NCBI GenBank assembly: GCA_963675755.2
Contig: CAXXMD010000002.1
Coordinates: 96,001-160,000 of the forward strand
Direction: 5' to 3'
DNA length: 64,000 nucleotides
Origin: a bacterium
GTDB taxonomy: Bacteria; Zhuqueibacterota; Zhuqueibacteria; Residuimicrobiales; Krinioviventaceae
Below the pieces are notes generated by a model. The model did not search any database. It was not told where the DNA came from and saw only the letters and a program-made list of their open reading frames with translations. The position numbers were made by a program, and so were the translations under genes. Positions within the stretch are counted from its first letter, which is position 1. Each line of letters opens with the position of its first letter. This document shows positions 10,461 through 19,562 of this stretch, in pieces.

Positions 10461-13052
10461 ATGAAAATACGAAACAAGCATGTTTTGTTTACATCTGTGG
10501 TCTGTTTAGTGTTTTGGGTGAATAGTTTGTTATATCCACAACAATCAACTGAAATTCCAATCTATAAAGATCACACCCAATCTTTTGAAGACAGAGTAGA
10601 TGATCTGCTGTCACGCATGACAATTGCAGAAAAAGTATCTCAAATGATGAGCCGCTCACCCAATGATCTGATAAGGTTCGGAATGGTGAGACATGAATTG
10701 GGGGGCGGTGCTATTCATTCTCCGGTTGGAGGCGTCAATACAACCATATTCCCTGTCGGCATAGCACGGGCCTCAACATGGAATAGAGAACTTTTGTATG
10801 AAATTGGTACCGCTGCCTCTGATGAAATACGAGCGCAATTCAATACTACTCAAAAGCAGGTTCTTACATTTTGGGCACCGGTAGTAGAGATGGCCAGGGA
10901 CCCGCGTTGGGGTAGAAATGAAGAATGTTTTGGTGAAGATCCCTATTTAACATCTCAGCTTACTTTGCCATTGGTAAAAGGTGTTTATGGAAATCATCCA
11001 AAATATATAAAAGCAGTGGCTGCTCCCAAACATTTTGTTGCTAATAATGAAGAATGGAACCGACACAATGGTTCTGCCAATATTGATGAACAGCTATTGC
11101 ACGAATACTATTTAAAACCATACAAAGTATTGGTAAAAGAAGGTAATGTAGCATCTATTATGGCAGCATATAATAGATTAAATGGTGTTCCCTGTCAGGG
11201 AAACAAGGAATTGTTAACCGATATTTTACGCGATCAATGGGGATTTACCGGCTATGTAGTAACGGATTGTGAAGGAATTCAAGACTTTTATTTGGAAGGA
11301 AAAGGTCATAAATATGTTGCCACTGTACAGGAGGCAATTTCTGTAGCGATTAATGCAGGTATTGATATGGAATGCGGCGGTGAGTTTAAACACTATTTAT
11401 ATCAAGTCATTGAAAGCGGTGCCATATCTGAAGAAGCAATAGACAGGGCGGTTCGCAGAATTTTACTGACACGTTTTAGATTGGGCTTGTATGATCCCCC
11501 GGAGATGGTGCCTTTTAGTAAAATTCCTCATTCAGTAATTGACAGTAAAGAGCATCGTGCCTTGGCAAGAAAAGTCGCCCAGGAGGCAATTATATTGTTA
11601 AAAAACAGTGAGGATTTACTGCCTCTTGATAAAGATCAGATAAAATCTGTTGCCGTTATTGGTCCAAATGCAGATGTGTGCCACGTTGGAGAATATACGG
11701 GTATAACTTCTTTACTTGTCTCACCTTTGGATGGTATAAAAAATAAAATTGGCAATGAGAAAGTTAAATTTGCCAAAGGAACAAGTGTTAAAATCGAATG
11801 TCCGGTTATTCCTGCGGAATATTTATTTTTGCCTGATGAAACAGGGGACAATGGATTATTGGGAGAATATTTTGATAATACCACATGCTCGGGAGACCCG
11901 GTTTTCACTCGTGTTGATAGTGTACTTGATTTTGATTTTGGCTTGGCGTCACCTGATAACAGATTGGAAAATAATTACTATTCCGTTCGCTGGACCGGTA
12001 AGTTCAAAGCACCTGTATCAGGACCTTACTATATTGGCGGAGAATTTGACGATGCGATCAGGCTATATTTTGACGGCAGATTGATTATTGATAAAACAAA
12101 AAACCGAAACATGTCTTCCGCGGTTGCCAAAGTTGAACTGGATAAAGGCAAATACTATGATTTAAAGATTGAATTTACAGAGCATTGGTATAAATCAAAA
12201 CTGAAATTATGGGGCGCACCGCCGAAAGAAAATAAATTTTTAAAAGCTGTTGAAATTGCAAAAAGTTCTGATGTCGCTATAGTTGTTGCAGGAACAGACG
12301 CCACAGTTGAAAAAGAAGGTGTTGACCGGTCAGATTTACAATTGCCTGGTGATCAATTGGCTTTAATTAAAGCTGTATATAAAGCAAACCCTAAAACAAT
12401 TGTTGTGTTGCAAAACGGCAGCCCTTTGGCTATTAACTGGGTCAATGATAATGTGCCTGCCATTATTGAAACTTTTTACAATGGCGAAGAAGGTGGAAAT
12501 GCCCTGGCCGATGTTGTTTTTGGAGATTACAATCCTGCCGGCCGTTTACCAATGACGGTGTATAAATCTGTAAACCAATTGCCGGATTTTAGTGATTATG
12601 ATATCCGCAAGGGCCGGACCTATATGTATAATATGTACCCGGATGGAAAAAAAATACAGCCGCTTTATCCTTTTGGCTATGGACTCAGCTACACAACATT
12701 TGAATACGGAAATCTAAAACTCGAGTCAAAAACGATTTCGAACACAGATAGTTTAAAAGCAAGTATGCAAGTTACCAATACCGGCAGCCGGGCAGGTGAT
12801 GAAGTTGTACAGCTATATATTCGTGACAAGAAAGCCAGCGTACAACGACCTGTGAAACAGCTGGCTGGTTTTGAACGTGTTTCATTGGACCAGGGAGAAA
12901 CAAAAACTGTAAGCTTTACAGTGCCTTCAAAAGATTTGGCATTTTGGGATGTAAAAACAAAATCATGGATTGTTGAACCTGGTGAGTTTGATATGCTGAT
13001 AGGTGATTCTTCGAGTAACATTTTAATCAAAGAAACTTTTTTAGTTGAATAA
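10461..13052 (+). CDS. Secreted GH3 beta-xylosidase/beta-glucosidase with PA14 insertion
   Basis: AGAGGA RBS; RDPRWGRNEECFGEDP, KHF, nucleophile motif VTDC, PA14 (YSVRWTG), EGVDR and Fn3-like C-terminus. Confidence 0.92.
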   Translation: MKIRNKHVLFTSVVCLVFWVNSLLYPQQSTEIPIYKDHTQSFEDRVDDLLSRMTIAEKVSQMMSRSPNDLIRFGMVRHELGGGAIHSPVGGVNTTIFPVGIARASTWNRELLYEIGTAASDEIRAQFNTTQKQVLTFWAPVVEMARDPRWGRNEECFGEDPYLTSQLTLPLVKGVYGNHPKYIKAVAAPKHFVANNEEWNRHNGSANIDEQLLHEYYLKPYKVLVKEGNVASIMAAYNRLNGVPCQGNKELLTDILRDQWGFTGYVVTDCEGIQDFYLEGKGHKYVATVQEAISVAINAGIDMECGGEFKHYLYQVIESGAISEEAIDRAVRRILLTRFRLGLYDPPEMVPFSKIPHSVIDSKEHRALARKVAQEAIILLKNSEDLLPLDKDQIKSVAVIGPNADVCHVGEYTGITSLLVSPLDGIKNKIGNEKVKFAKGTSVKIECPVIPAEYLFLPDETGDNGLLGEYFDNTTCSGDPVFTRVDSVLDFDFGLASPDNRLENNYYSVRWTGKFKAPVSGPYYIGGEFDDAIRLYFDGRLIIDKTKNRNMSSAVAKVELDKGKYYDLKIEFTEHWYKSKLKLWGAPPKENKFLKAVEIAKSSDVAIVVAGTDATVEKEGVDRSDLQLPGDQLALIKAVYKANPKTIVVLQNGSPLAINWVNDNVPAIIETFYNGEEGGNALADVVFGDYNPAGRLPMTVYKSVNQLPDFSDYDIRKGRTYMYNMYPDGKKIQPLYPFGYGLSYTTFEYGNLKLESKTISNTDSLKASMQVTNTGSRAGDEVVQLYIRDKKASVQRPVKQLAGFERVSLDQGETKTVSFTVPSKDLAFWDVKTKSWIVEPGEFDMLIGDSSSNILIKETFLVE

Positions 13053-13063
13053 GAGAGGTAATA

Positions 13064-16030
13064 GTGAAAAAAAATATAAATTATTTAGTAATAATACTTG
13101 CTGTAATGGCACTATCTTGTGCAAATAATAAAGTTGAAACAATAACTCCTCTAAATGATTATATAAAGTTGGTAGATCCTTTTATTGGCACAGATGCGAA
13201 CGGCCACACTTTTCCGGGAGCAACGCTGCCTAACGGACTGGTGCAACTCAGTCCTGATACAAAAACAGAAACCTGGAACAATTGTTCCGGATACCATTAT
13301 TCCGATAAAAGTATTATGGGATTCAGTCATACACACTATAGCGGAACAGGTGCATTAGGCGGGGGAGATGTTTTGTTCATGCCCACTGTTGGAGAAATCC
13401 AATTGAACGCGGGGGATATAAATCATACCGAAACCGGATACCGTTCAAAACATTCACATGATAAGGAATCTGCGACTCCTGGTTATTATTCTGTAATTCT
13501 CGATGATTATAATATTCAGGTCGAATTGACTGCTACTAAAAGAGTTGGGGTTCAAAAGTATACTTTTCCACAAGGAGACCAGTCCAATGTCATTCTTGAT
13601 CTTGTTCATGGTATTGCCGATGGCCCGGACAGCTTGTTCATTCAAATTGATGGAGATGAGATATCAGGTTACAGAGCGGCCTCCGGCGGATTGGACAATA
13701 GCAATGTGATTTATTTTGCGGCCCAATTTTCAAAACCATTTAAAAGTTTTGGTATCGCAGTTGATAATGTGATAAAGTCAGATCTTCAATCCGCAAAAGG
13801 CAAAAATATTAAAGCTTTTTTTAGATTCAACACGCAAGAGAATGATCCTGTTTTGTTAAAAACAGCAATCTCTACAGTAAGCATTGACGGCGCGAGAAAA
13901 AATTTAAAAGCCGAGGTCCCGGAGTGGGATTTTGACAAAATTCGCAAAACAGCCGCAGAAACCTGGAACCAGGTGTTGAATAAAATACAGGTTGAGGGCG
14001 GAACACAAGATCAGCAGTCTATATTTTATACTGCGTTATATCATGCTTATATTCATCCCAATCTTTATATGGATGTTGATAGAAAATATCGCAGTGCGAC
14101 TAAAAAGATATACAAGGGAGCCAAAGATTTTGAAAATTATACCACGTTTTCATTATGGGACACGTTCAGGGCTTTGCATCCTTTATTGACTATTATTGAT
14201 CACAAGCAAACCAATCAATATATTAAAACATTTATTGAACGGTACGAGCACGCTTTAAATATGCCCATTATGGAGTTCTCGGGGAGTGAGGGCTATACCA
14301 TGATCGGTTACCATTCGATCCCGGTTGTGGCAGATGCTTATGCAAAAGGCATTCGGGACTATGATGTTAAAAAAGCTTACAAGGCGATAAAGCAATTGGC
14401 CGATGGTGACAGGGCAGGCAAAGAATTCTATTTGCATTATGGCTATGTACCCGATGATTTTAGCATTGAATCGGTATCCCGAACTTTGGAATACAGTTAC
14501 GATGATTGGTGCGTCACCCGCCTTGCAAAGGATTTTGATAAAGCAGATTTTGCTCATTATAATGCCAGAGGACAGTTTTACAGAAATGTTTTCAATAAAG
14601 AAATTCATTTTATGGCGCCTAAAAATAGCGATTATACATGGACGAAAAATTTTGATCCCATGCAAGTAACCAAACTGCATTTTACCGAAGCAAATGCTTA
14701 TCAATATACCCCGTTTGTTTTACAGGATGTTGACGGCCTGATTAATTTGCTTGGTGGCGATAAAGCGTTTGAAAAATGGCTGGATGTTATCTTTACCACA
14801 GAGACAGATACTATTAACAATAAAATTGATGATGTAGATGTAACCGGTCTAATTGGTCAATACGCGCAGGGAAATGAACCCAGCCACCATACAGCTTATT
14901 TGTACAATTATGTTGGCTCTGCATGGAAAACCCAAAAGCAGATAAGAGAAATTCTAACAACGTTATACACGTCAGGACCGGATGGAATGTGCGGAAATGA
15001 TGATGCAGGTCAAATGTCTGCCTGGTACATACTCAGCGCAATGGGATTTTATCCTGTTACCCCTGGTTTGGATTATTATGTGCTTGGCAGTCCCTTGTTC
15101 GACAAGGTAACTATTAATCTGGAAAACGGAAAGCAGTTTGAACTCGTTGCGAACAATAATAATGCATCCAATGTTTATATTCAATCGGTAACTCTGAATG
15201 GCAAACCCTATACAAAATCCTATTTAAATCATGATGATATTATGAATGGTTCTAAATTGGAAATTACCATGGGTGAGCAGCCAAATAAAGAGTGGGGAAA
15301 AGCGGTTGCAGATCGTCCATATTCACCTAAATATGAATGTGCACCGGTACCCATGCTGAAATCTACCGGTAGAAAATTTCTGGAAAACAGTACAGTAACG
15401 CTTTCATGCAATGACGACCGTGCTGTTATTCGATATACCCTTAACGGCAGCGAGCCGGATATGGATTCAGAAATCTATAATAATCCAATCACCATAAATC
15501 AAACATGTGATTTAAAGGTGAAATGTTTTGTGGATGGATTAGAACCGGGCTATACAGCCGCTTTTGATTTTGAAAAGCTACAACTGCAGCCGGCACTTGA
15601 TGTGTCAAATCCGAAATCCGGGTTAAGATATATCTATAAAGAAGCCTCATGCGCCAATACCGCAGATCTTGATAAATTTCCCATTGACAACAAGGGAATT
15701 ATCAAAACGATTAATGTGGATTCGATCAAAGACTCCCGACCTTTTGGTTATATTTTTGAAGGCTATGTCAATGTTCCTGTAGAAGGACTGTATATTTTCT
15801 ATCTGGAATCAAACGACGGATCTACCCTGTACCTGGATGATGAATTAATTATTGATAATGATGGCGACCATATGCTGCAAACGTTATACGCTGAAAAGGG
15901 ATTAAAAAAGGGCTATCACTCTATCAAAATTAAATATTTTCAAATGGGCGGGGGAAAAAGTCTGGATGTAAGCTGGAAAACGCCAGTTTCAGATATTGAA
16001 GTGATTCCGGCGAGTGTTTTGTTTCATTAA
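13064..16030 (+). CDS. GH92 alpha-mannosidase with Fn3-like and PA14 domains (lipoprotein); paralog of 7354-10275
   Basis: GTG start after GAGG; lipobox ALSC; VDPFIGT, SLWDTFR, EAN, GNEPSHH, GNDDAGQMSAW; PA14 motif SNDGS...DNDG. Confidence 0.93.
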   Translation: MKKNINYLVIILAVMALSCANNKVETITPLNDYIKLVDPFIGTDANGHTFPGATLPNGLVQLSPDTKTETWNNCSGYHYSDKSIMGFSHTHYSGTGALGGGDVLFMPTVGEIQLNAGDINHTETGYRSKHSHDKESATPGYYSVILDDYNIQVELTATKRVGVQKYTFPQGDQSNVILDLVHGIADGPDSLFIQIDGDEISGYRAASGGLDNSNVIYFAAQFSKPFKSFGIAVDNVIKSDLQSAKGKNIKAFFRFNTQENDPVLLKTAISTVSIDGARKNLKAEVPEWDFDKIRKTAAETWNQVLNKIQVEGGTQDQQSIFYTALYHAYIHPNLYMDVDRKYRSATKKIYKGAKDFENYTTFSLWDTFRALHPLLTIIDHKQTNQYIKTFIERYEHALNMPIMEFSGSEGYTMIGYHSIPVVADAYAKGIRDYDVKKAYKAIKQLADGDRAGKEFYLHYGYVPDDFSIESVSRTLEYSYDDWCVTRLAKDFDKADFAHYNARGQFYRNVFNKEIHFMAPKNSDYTWTKNFDPMQVTKLHFTEANAYQYTPFVLQDVDGLINLLGGDKAFEKWLDVIFTTETDTINNKIDDVDVTGLIGQYAQGNEPSHHTAYLYNYVGSAWKTQKQIREILTTLYTSGPDGMCGNDDAGQMSAWYILSAMGFYPVTPGLDYYVLGSPLFDKVTINLENGKQFELVANNNNASNVYIQSVTLNGKPYTKSYLNHDDIMNGSKLEITMGEQPNKEWGKAVADRPYSPKYECAPVPMLKSTGRKFLENSTVTLSCNDDRAVIRYTLNGSEPDMDSEIYNNPITINQTCDLKVKCFVDGLEPGYTAAFDFEKLQLQPALDVSNPKSGLRYIYKEASCANTADLDKFPIDNKGIIKTINVDSIKDSRPFGYIFEGYVNVPVEGLYIFYLESNDGSTLYLDDELIIDNDGDHMLQTLYAEKGLKKGYHSIKIKYFQMGGGKSLDVSWKTPVSDIEVIPASVLFH

Positions 16031-16043
16031 AGTCTGGTTAGTA

Positions 16044-16078
16044 TATATGCCTGGTACCTCCAATGTGCCTGGCACATA
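16044..16078. repeat. REP-like doublet of GTGCCNGGCAC-type palindromes
   Basis: TATATGCCTGGTAC-CTCCAAT-GTGCCTGGCACATA; related to 18197-18237. Confidence 0.6.
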
Positions 16079-16123
16079 CTACCAATTTATACAATAATCT
16101 GGACTAGAGTTTGATTTCAAGGA

Positions 16124-17458
16124 ATGAAATATAAGAAAGAGAAAAAAATGAAATTTAACGCTAAAAGAATTTTAGCAGTAATAATCATACTGAGCACTAT
16201 AATGTGTACGAACGTTTCAGGTCAATATGAACGTGAAGGAAATTACGACTGGAAAAGTAATATGGTAATTGCCGACCGGAAACGCGATGAGGCAGGTATG
16301 TTGCTACCACTGCAGTCCTATGATGAAACAATCCGTCGAGGGATGTCTTTGCTGCTGGTTGATCATTTGCTTTGGTTTAAAGGATCAAGAGAAAATCTTC
16401 GTGATGAGAATGGGAACACCCAGATGCCCTGGGTATACTATTCAAACATTCAGCACAATGGCGAACCATTTCCAAATTCCATAGACCGTTTTGTTTCTTA
16501 CCCTGCATTTCATCACTCCTTGATGATCAAAACATTTATCAAATACTGGGAAAACTCGGGAAATAAGCAGGCGCTGAAGGAAGCTATTAAACTTGCGGAT
16601 TGGAACATTGCTCATAGCACACCGGGCGAGTGGGCTTATGGGAACATGCCCTACAGTACCTTTCAGGAAAAGAAACCGGGAGGCTTTAGGGACAAGAGTG
16701 GTATCATGCCGGTCAAGGGAGCAATTATGGCTTTGGCTTATTTAGAGTTGTATGAAGCTACCAATAAACAAAAATATAAAGATGCCGCAGAAGCTATTGC
16801 CAACACACTCTGCAAAACGCAGCGCCCTAATGGCACCTGGCCTTTTCGTGTTGATCCGAAAACAGAAAAGGTTATCGAAGAATACACTAGCAGTGTCATC
16901 TATGCTGTCATGTTATTTGAGAACCTGGATGAATTGAACAAAAATAATAATTTCAAGTTTTATCATGACCGAACATGGGAGTGGTTACTGAATGGCCCGA
17001 TCAAGACTAGGGAGTTTCGAGGTTTCTATGAAGATATCCCGGAAAGTACAGAAGGGCGTACCAATTATGATTGTCTTGACGTGATACGTTATCTGCTGGC
17101 CAACCGTACAGACAGTAATGGCTATCTTGAAATGGCACAGGAACTTAATGCTTGGGTTGAAGAAATCTTTATGGACAAGATTGAGGGCTTTGAGCCCGCA
17201 GAGGGAATTCGAGAGCAATTGCAGTGTAATTATATAATGGGCGTCCACAGCCTGAATTGGGCATCTATGTTGATGGATCTTGCCGACGCTTCTGATAACG
17301 AAAAGATGAGAGAGCGGGCTATACAGACAGCAAATTATGTAACCTACTATCTTCAACCAGACAACCGGATTGTGGTGGGTTTCAATTATAATCAGTGGTG
17401 GTACAGTTGCCACATTGGTGTTATCATGTATTTATTTGATTTCTTGGCTGAAAATTGA
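16124..17458 (+). CDS. Secreted hypothetical protein, probable (alpha/alpha)6 six-hairpin glycosidase-like fold
   Basis: Signal peptide; helical repeats ALAYLELYEATNKQKYKDAAEAIANTL and QRPNGTWPF. Start may be 16148. Confidence 0.6.
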   Translation: MKYKKEKKMKFNAKRILAVIIILSTIMCTNVSGQYEREGNYDWKSNMVIADRKRDEAGMLLPLQSYDETIRRGMSLLLVDHLLWFKGSRENLRDENGNTQMPWVYYSNIQHNGEPFPNSIDRFVSYPAFHHSLMIKTFIKYWENSGNKQALKEAIKLADWNIAHSTPGEWAYGNMPYSTFQEKKPGGFRDKSGIMPVKGAIMALAYLELYEATNKQKYKDAAEAIANTLCKTQRPNGTWPFRVDPKTEKVIEEYTSSVIYAVMLFENLDELNKNNNFKFYHDRTWEWLLNGPIKTREFRGFYEDIPESTEGRTNYDCLDVIRYLLANRTDSNGYLEMAQELNAWVEEIFMDKIEGFEPAEGIREQLQCNYIMGVHSLNWASMLMDLADASDNEKMRERAIQTANYVTYYLQPDNRIVVGFNYNQWWYSCHIGVIMYLFDFLAEN

Positions 17459-17506
17459 TTTATAAAAACTATTTTTCATAAAGCCGGTTGGAAAAAGCAT
17501 GACAGT

Positions 17507-17583
17507 CAGTAGCCCGGTCATTTTTTTCGGGATTATGAAGTCAGGTGGGAAATCCCGGACGAAGTGTCCAGACTTTATACTTG
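17507..17583 (+). repeat. 77-bp REPIN-like imperfect palindrome, copy 1
   Basis: CAGTAGCCCGGTCA...AATCCCGGACGAAGTGTCCAGACT; ungapped match of 61/77 to 18072-18148 (counted by hand). Confidence 0.8.
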
Positions 17584-17596
17584 GGTTTTAGGAGAA

Positions 17597-18058
17597 ATGT
17601 TGAAAAAAATAATATATTTATTGATAATAGTTATGTTATCAAGTTGTAGTTTGATTAATTTTCGAAATAAAGAGCTAATGATTAGTCATGCTACTATAAA
17701 AATTGAAGGGCAAGTAATATCTGTACAGAGTAAAAATTCAATAAAAAATGCACGAGTAAAAATTAATATAGAGAGAGCAGCAAGTGATTCTGTATTAATA
17801 CCTGGAATAATGAGAGAAACAACTACTGATGAAAATGGCAATTTTACGTTTGATATTGTAGAATCTTGTTATGTTGGATATTATGAATTAGGTAAACTTT
17901 ATAATGATAAAATTGTTGATTTTTCATTTCCTTTTGTTATTTCACACGATAGAAATGAAACAGTAGTTAATAAAATTGTAAAAGCATATATCTCTTTTGG
18001 AATTAAAAACGGATTAGAAATACCTGTTAATAATGTTGGTACAATTGAAATTGAATAA
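17597..18058 (+). CDS. AT-rich hypothetical lipoprotein with a carboxypeptidase-regulatory-like beta-sandwich
   Basis: GGAG RBS before ATG 17597; lipobox LSSC; pattern IEGQV...IKNARV...TTTDENGNFTF. Confidence 0.7.
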   Translation: MLKKIIYLLIIVMLSSCSLINFRNKELMISHATIKIEGQVISVQSKNSIKNARVKINIERAASDSVLIPGIMRETTTDENGNFTFDIVESCYVGYYELGKLYNDKIVDFSFPFVISHDRNETVVNKIVKAYISFGIKNGLEIPVNNVGTIEIE

Positions 18059-18071
18059 TTACTCCCTTTAC

Positions 18072-18148
18072 CAGTAGCCCGAACATCTTTTCCTGGTTTA
18101 TGAAATTCGGTTTTAAATCCCCGACGAAATGTCCAGACTATAAACTTG
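18072..18148 (+). repeat. 77-bp REPIN-like imperfect palindrome, copy 2
   Basis: CAGTAGCCCGAACA...AATCCCCGACGAAATGTCCAGACT; direct repeat of 17507-17583. Confidence 0.8.
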
Positions 18149-18196
18149 TTGAACCTGTCAACTGATTAACCGACCCTTATAAACCGGGATTTTAAT

Positions 18197-18237
18197 TTAT
18201 ATGTGCCCGGCACTACCGAAGTGCCGGGCACATATAA
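18197..18237. repeat. Perfect 18-bp hairpin with nested GTGCCCGGCAC palindromes; likely also a terminator between convergent genes
   Basis: TTATATGTGCCCGGCACT-ACCGA-AGTGCCGGGCACATATAA. Confidence 0.75.
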
Positions 18238-18250
18238 CACTGTAAAGTTT

Positions 18251-19561
18251 TTATTTGTTCTCTTCTGCCCAGTCCCACAGCATTTCAATGGCTTTGCCCA
18301 ATACACCTGCTGATCCTCTGAATGTGCCTGCGCCTTTGGGCTCATTGTCTTTGGTGTACCATTCGTAAAATCCATCATTGTCCATTACCCGTTGAATCAT
18401 GGGCCGGATTTCCCGGTAAGCTTCTTTCGCGTATCCATATTCAACCAGCACCTGTATCATTCGTCCGCCAAACCAGGTCCAGTCACCGCCGTTCTGGTAA
18501 ATGTATTCAACGCTCATGTGTTTATTTTTAAAAAATCCGGCAGGATAAGGCGGGTACACAGTCAATCCGATTGTGGGAGCGCCGGATTCGTTAACATTTG
18601 CTACCATTTTGTTGAGCGAAACCAATATTTCTTCATGTGTAAGAATACCCGCTTCAATAGCCACAGCTGTTCCGCCGTGGTAATAGATTGCGTTTTCATC
18701 AAAATCTGCTGGAAAGGGAGAACCGTTGAGATATACATGGGGTATGAACTTTTGTGCTTTTTCGTCCCACAAGTATTTTCTGGCATTGGCTTTGGTTTTA
18801 TCATATACCTGCTGCCAATGCTGTTTTTGGGACGCATCGTCAAGCATCTCAATATAGTTTTGAACAGCAATTAAAAACATGGCATTGTCGTATATGTCGA
18901 TCGCTTTGTGGCTGGTTTCATCCAGTACAACACCCCAATCATGTTCGGGCTGTACATCGCCCCAGTCTGCTGTTGTGGCACCCCAAATGAGTCCATATTT
19001 TTCGTCGTAACGTTCATTCAATAAAAAATTCAATGCCATCTCAAGCCGATCAATAACCTTTTTCCCTGCAATCTCTTGCTGCAATATAGCTTTGTCACCA
19101 GTCGCCCGAATGTATTTGTGGATACATTGCACCAGTGATGCTTCCTGATCGGTTTCTACCGTGTTTTTGTGAGCCAGATATTCAGGCGCCAGATCGGATT
19201 TGATAAAATCATATTTATAGAATGCCTTTTCTACCGGGGCATATCCGTCTACAATGTTACCGTCATTTCCCTGGAATTTGAAAAATGTCAAAATATTTTC
19301 CTTGATGATTTTTTCATCGTATACCTGACAGGACAATTCTACAAACGTGTTAAAATCCCGTATCCAGACTTCGGTATACTTGTCGCCGGCACTAAATCCG
19401 GACTCGAGTATGTCAAGCGCCCGTTCATGTACTTGCACCAATGTGGAATCGTTCAGGATTTGTTGTGCCAATTGCTGGTTCTCTGATTTTGTGCAAGAGC
19501 TAAAATTAAATACTGCAAAACTGATTGATAAAAACAATACTACCCATTTGAGGTTGTTCAT
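18251..19561 (-). CDS. Lipoprotein (alpha/alpha)6 glycoside hydrolase-like protein (GH63/GH100/amylo-alpha-1,6-glucosidase-like)
   Basis: Lipobox FSSC; WIRD motif, YQNGGDWTW and C-terminal FYEWY...F.GSA typical of six-hairpin glycosidases. Confidence 0.7.
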   Translation of the reverse strand: MNNLKWVVLFLSISFAVFNFSSCTKSENQQLAQQILNDSTLVQVHERALDILESGFSAGDKYTEVWIRDFNTFVELSCQVYDEKIIKENILTFFKFQGNDGNIVDGYAPVEKAFYKYDFIKSDLAPEYLAHKNTVETDQEASLVQCIHKYIRATGDKAILQQEIAGKKVIDRLEMALNFLLNERYDEKYGLIWGATTADWGDVQPEHDWGVVLDETSHKAIDIYDNAMFLIAVQNYIEMLDDASQKQHWQQVYDKTKANARKYLWDEKAQKFIPHVYLNGSPFPADFDENAIYYHGGTAVAIEAGILTHEEILVSLNKMVANVNESGAPTIGLTVYPPYPAGFFKNKHMSVEYIYQNGGDWTWFGGRMIQVLVEYGYAKEAYREIRPMIQRVMDNDGFYEWYTKDNEPKGAGTFRGSAGVLGKAIEMLWDWAEENK

Positions 19562-19562
19562 G

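Noticed and set aside
17507-18148. Integron attC sites or a CRISPR array
   Set aside because: There are no RYYYAAC/GTTRRRY core boxes and no integrase in the window. Only two 77-bp copies exist, separated by a whole gene, which is unlike CRISPR repeat-spacer periodicity; no cas genes are present.
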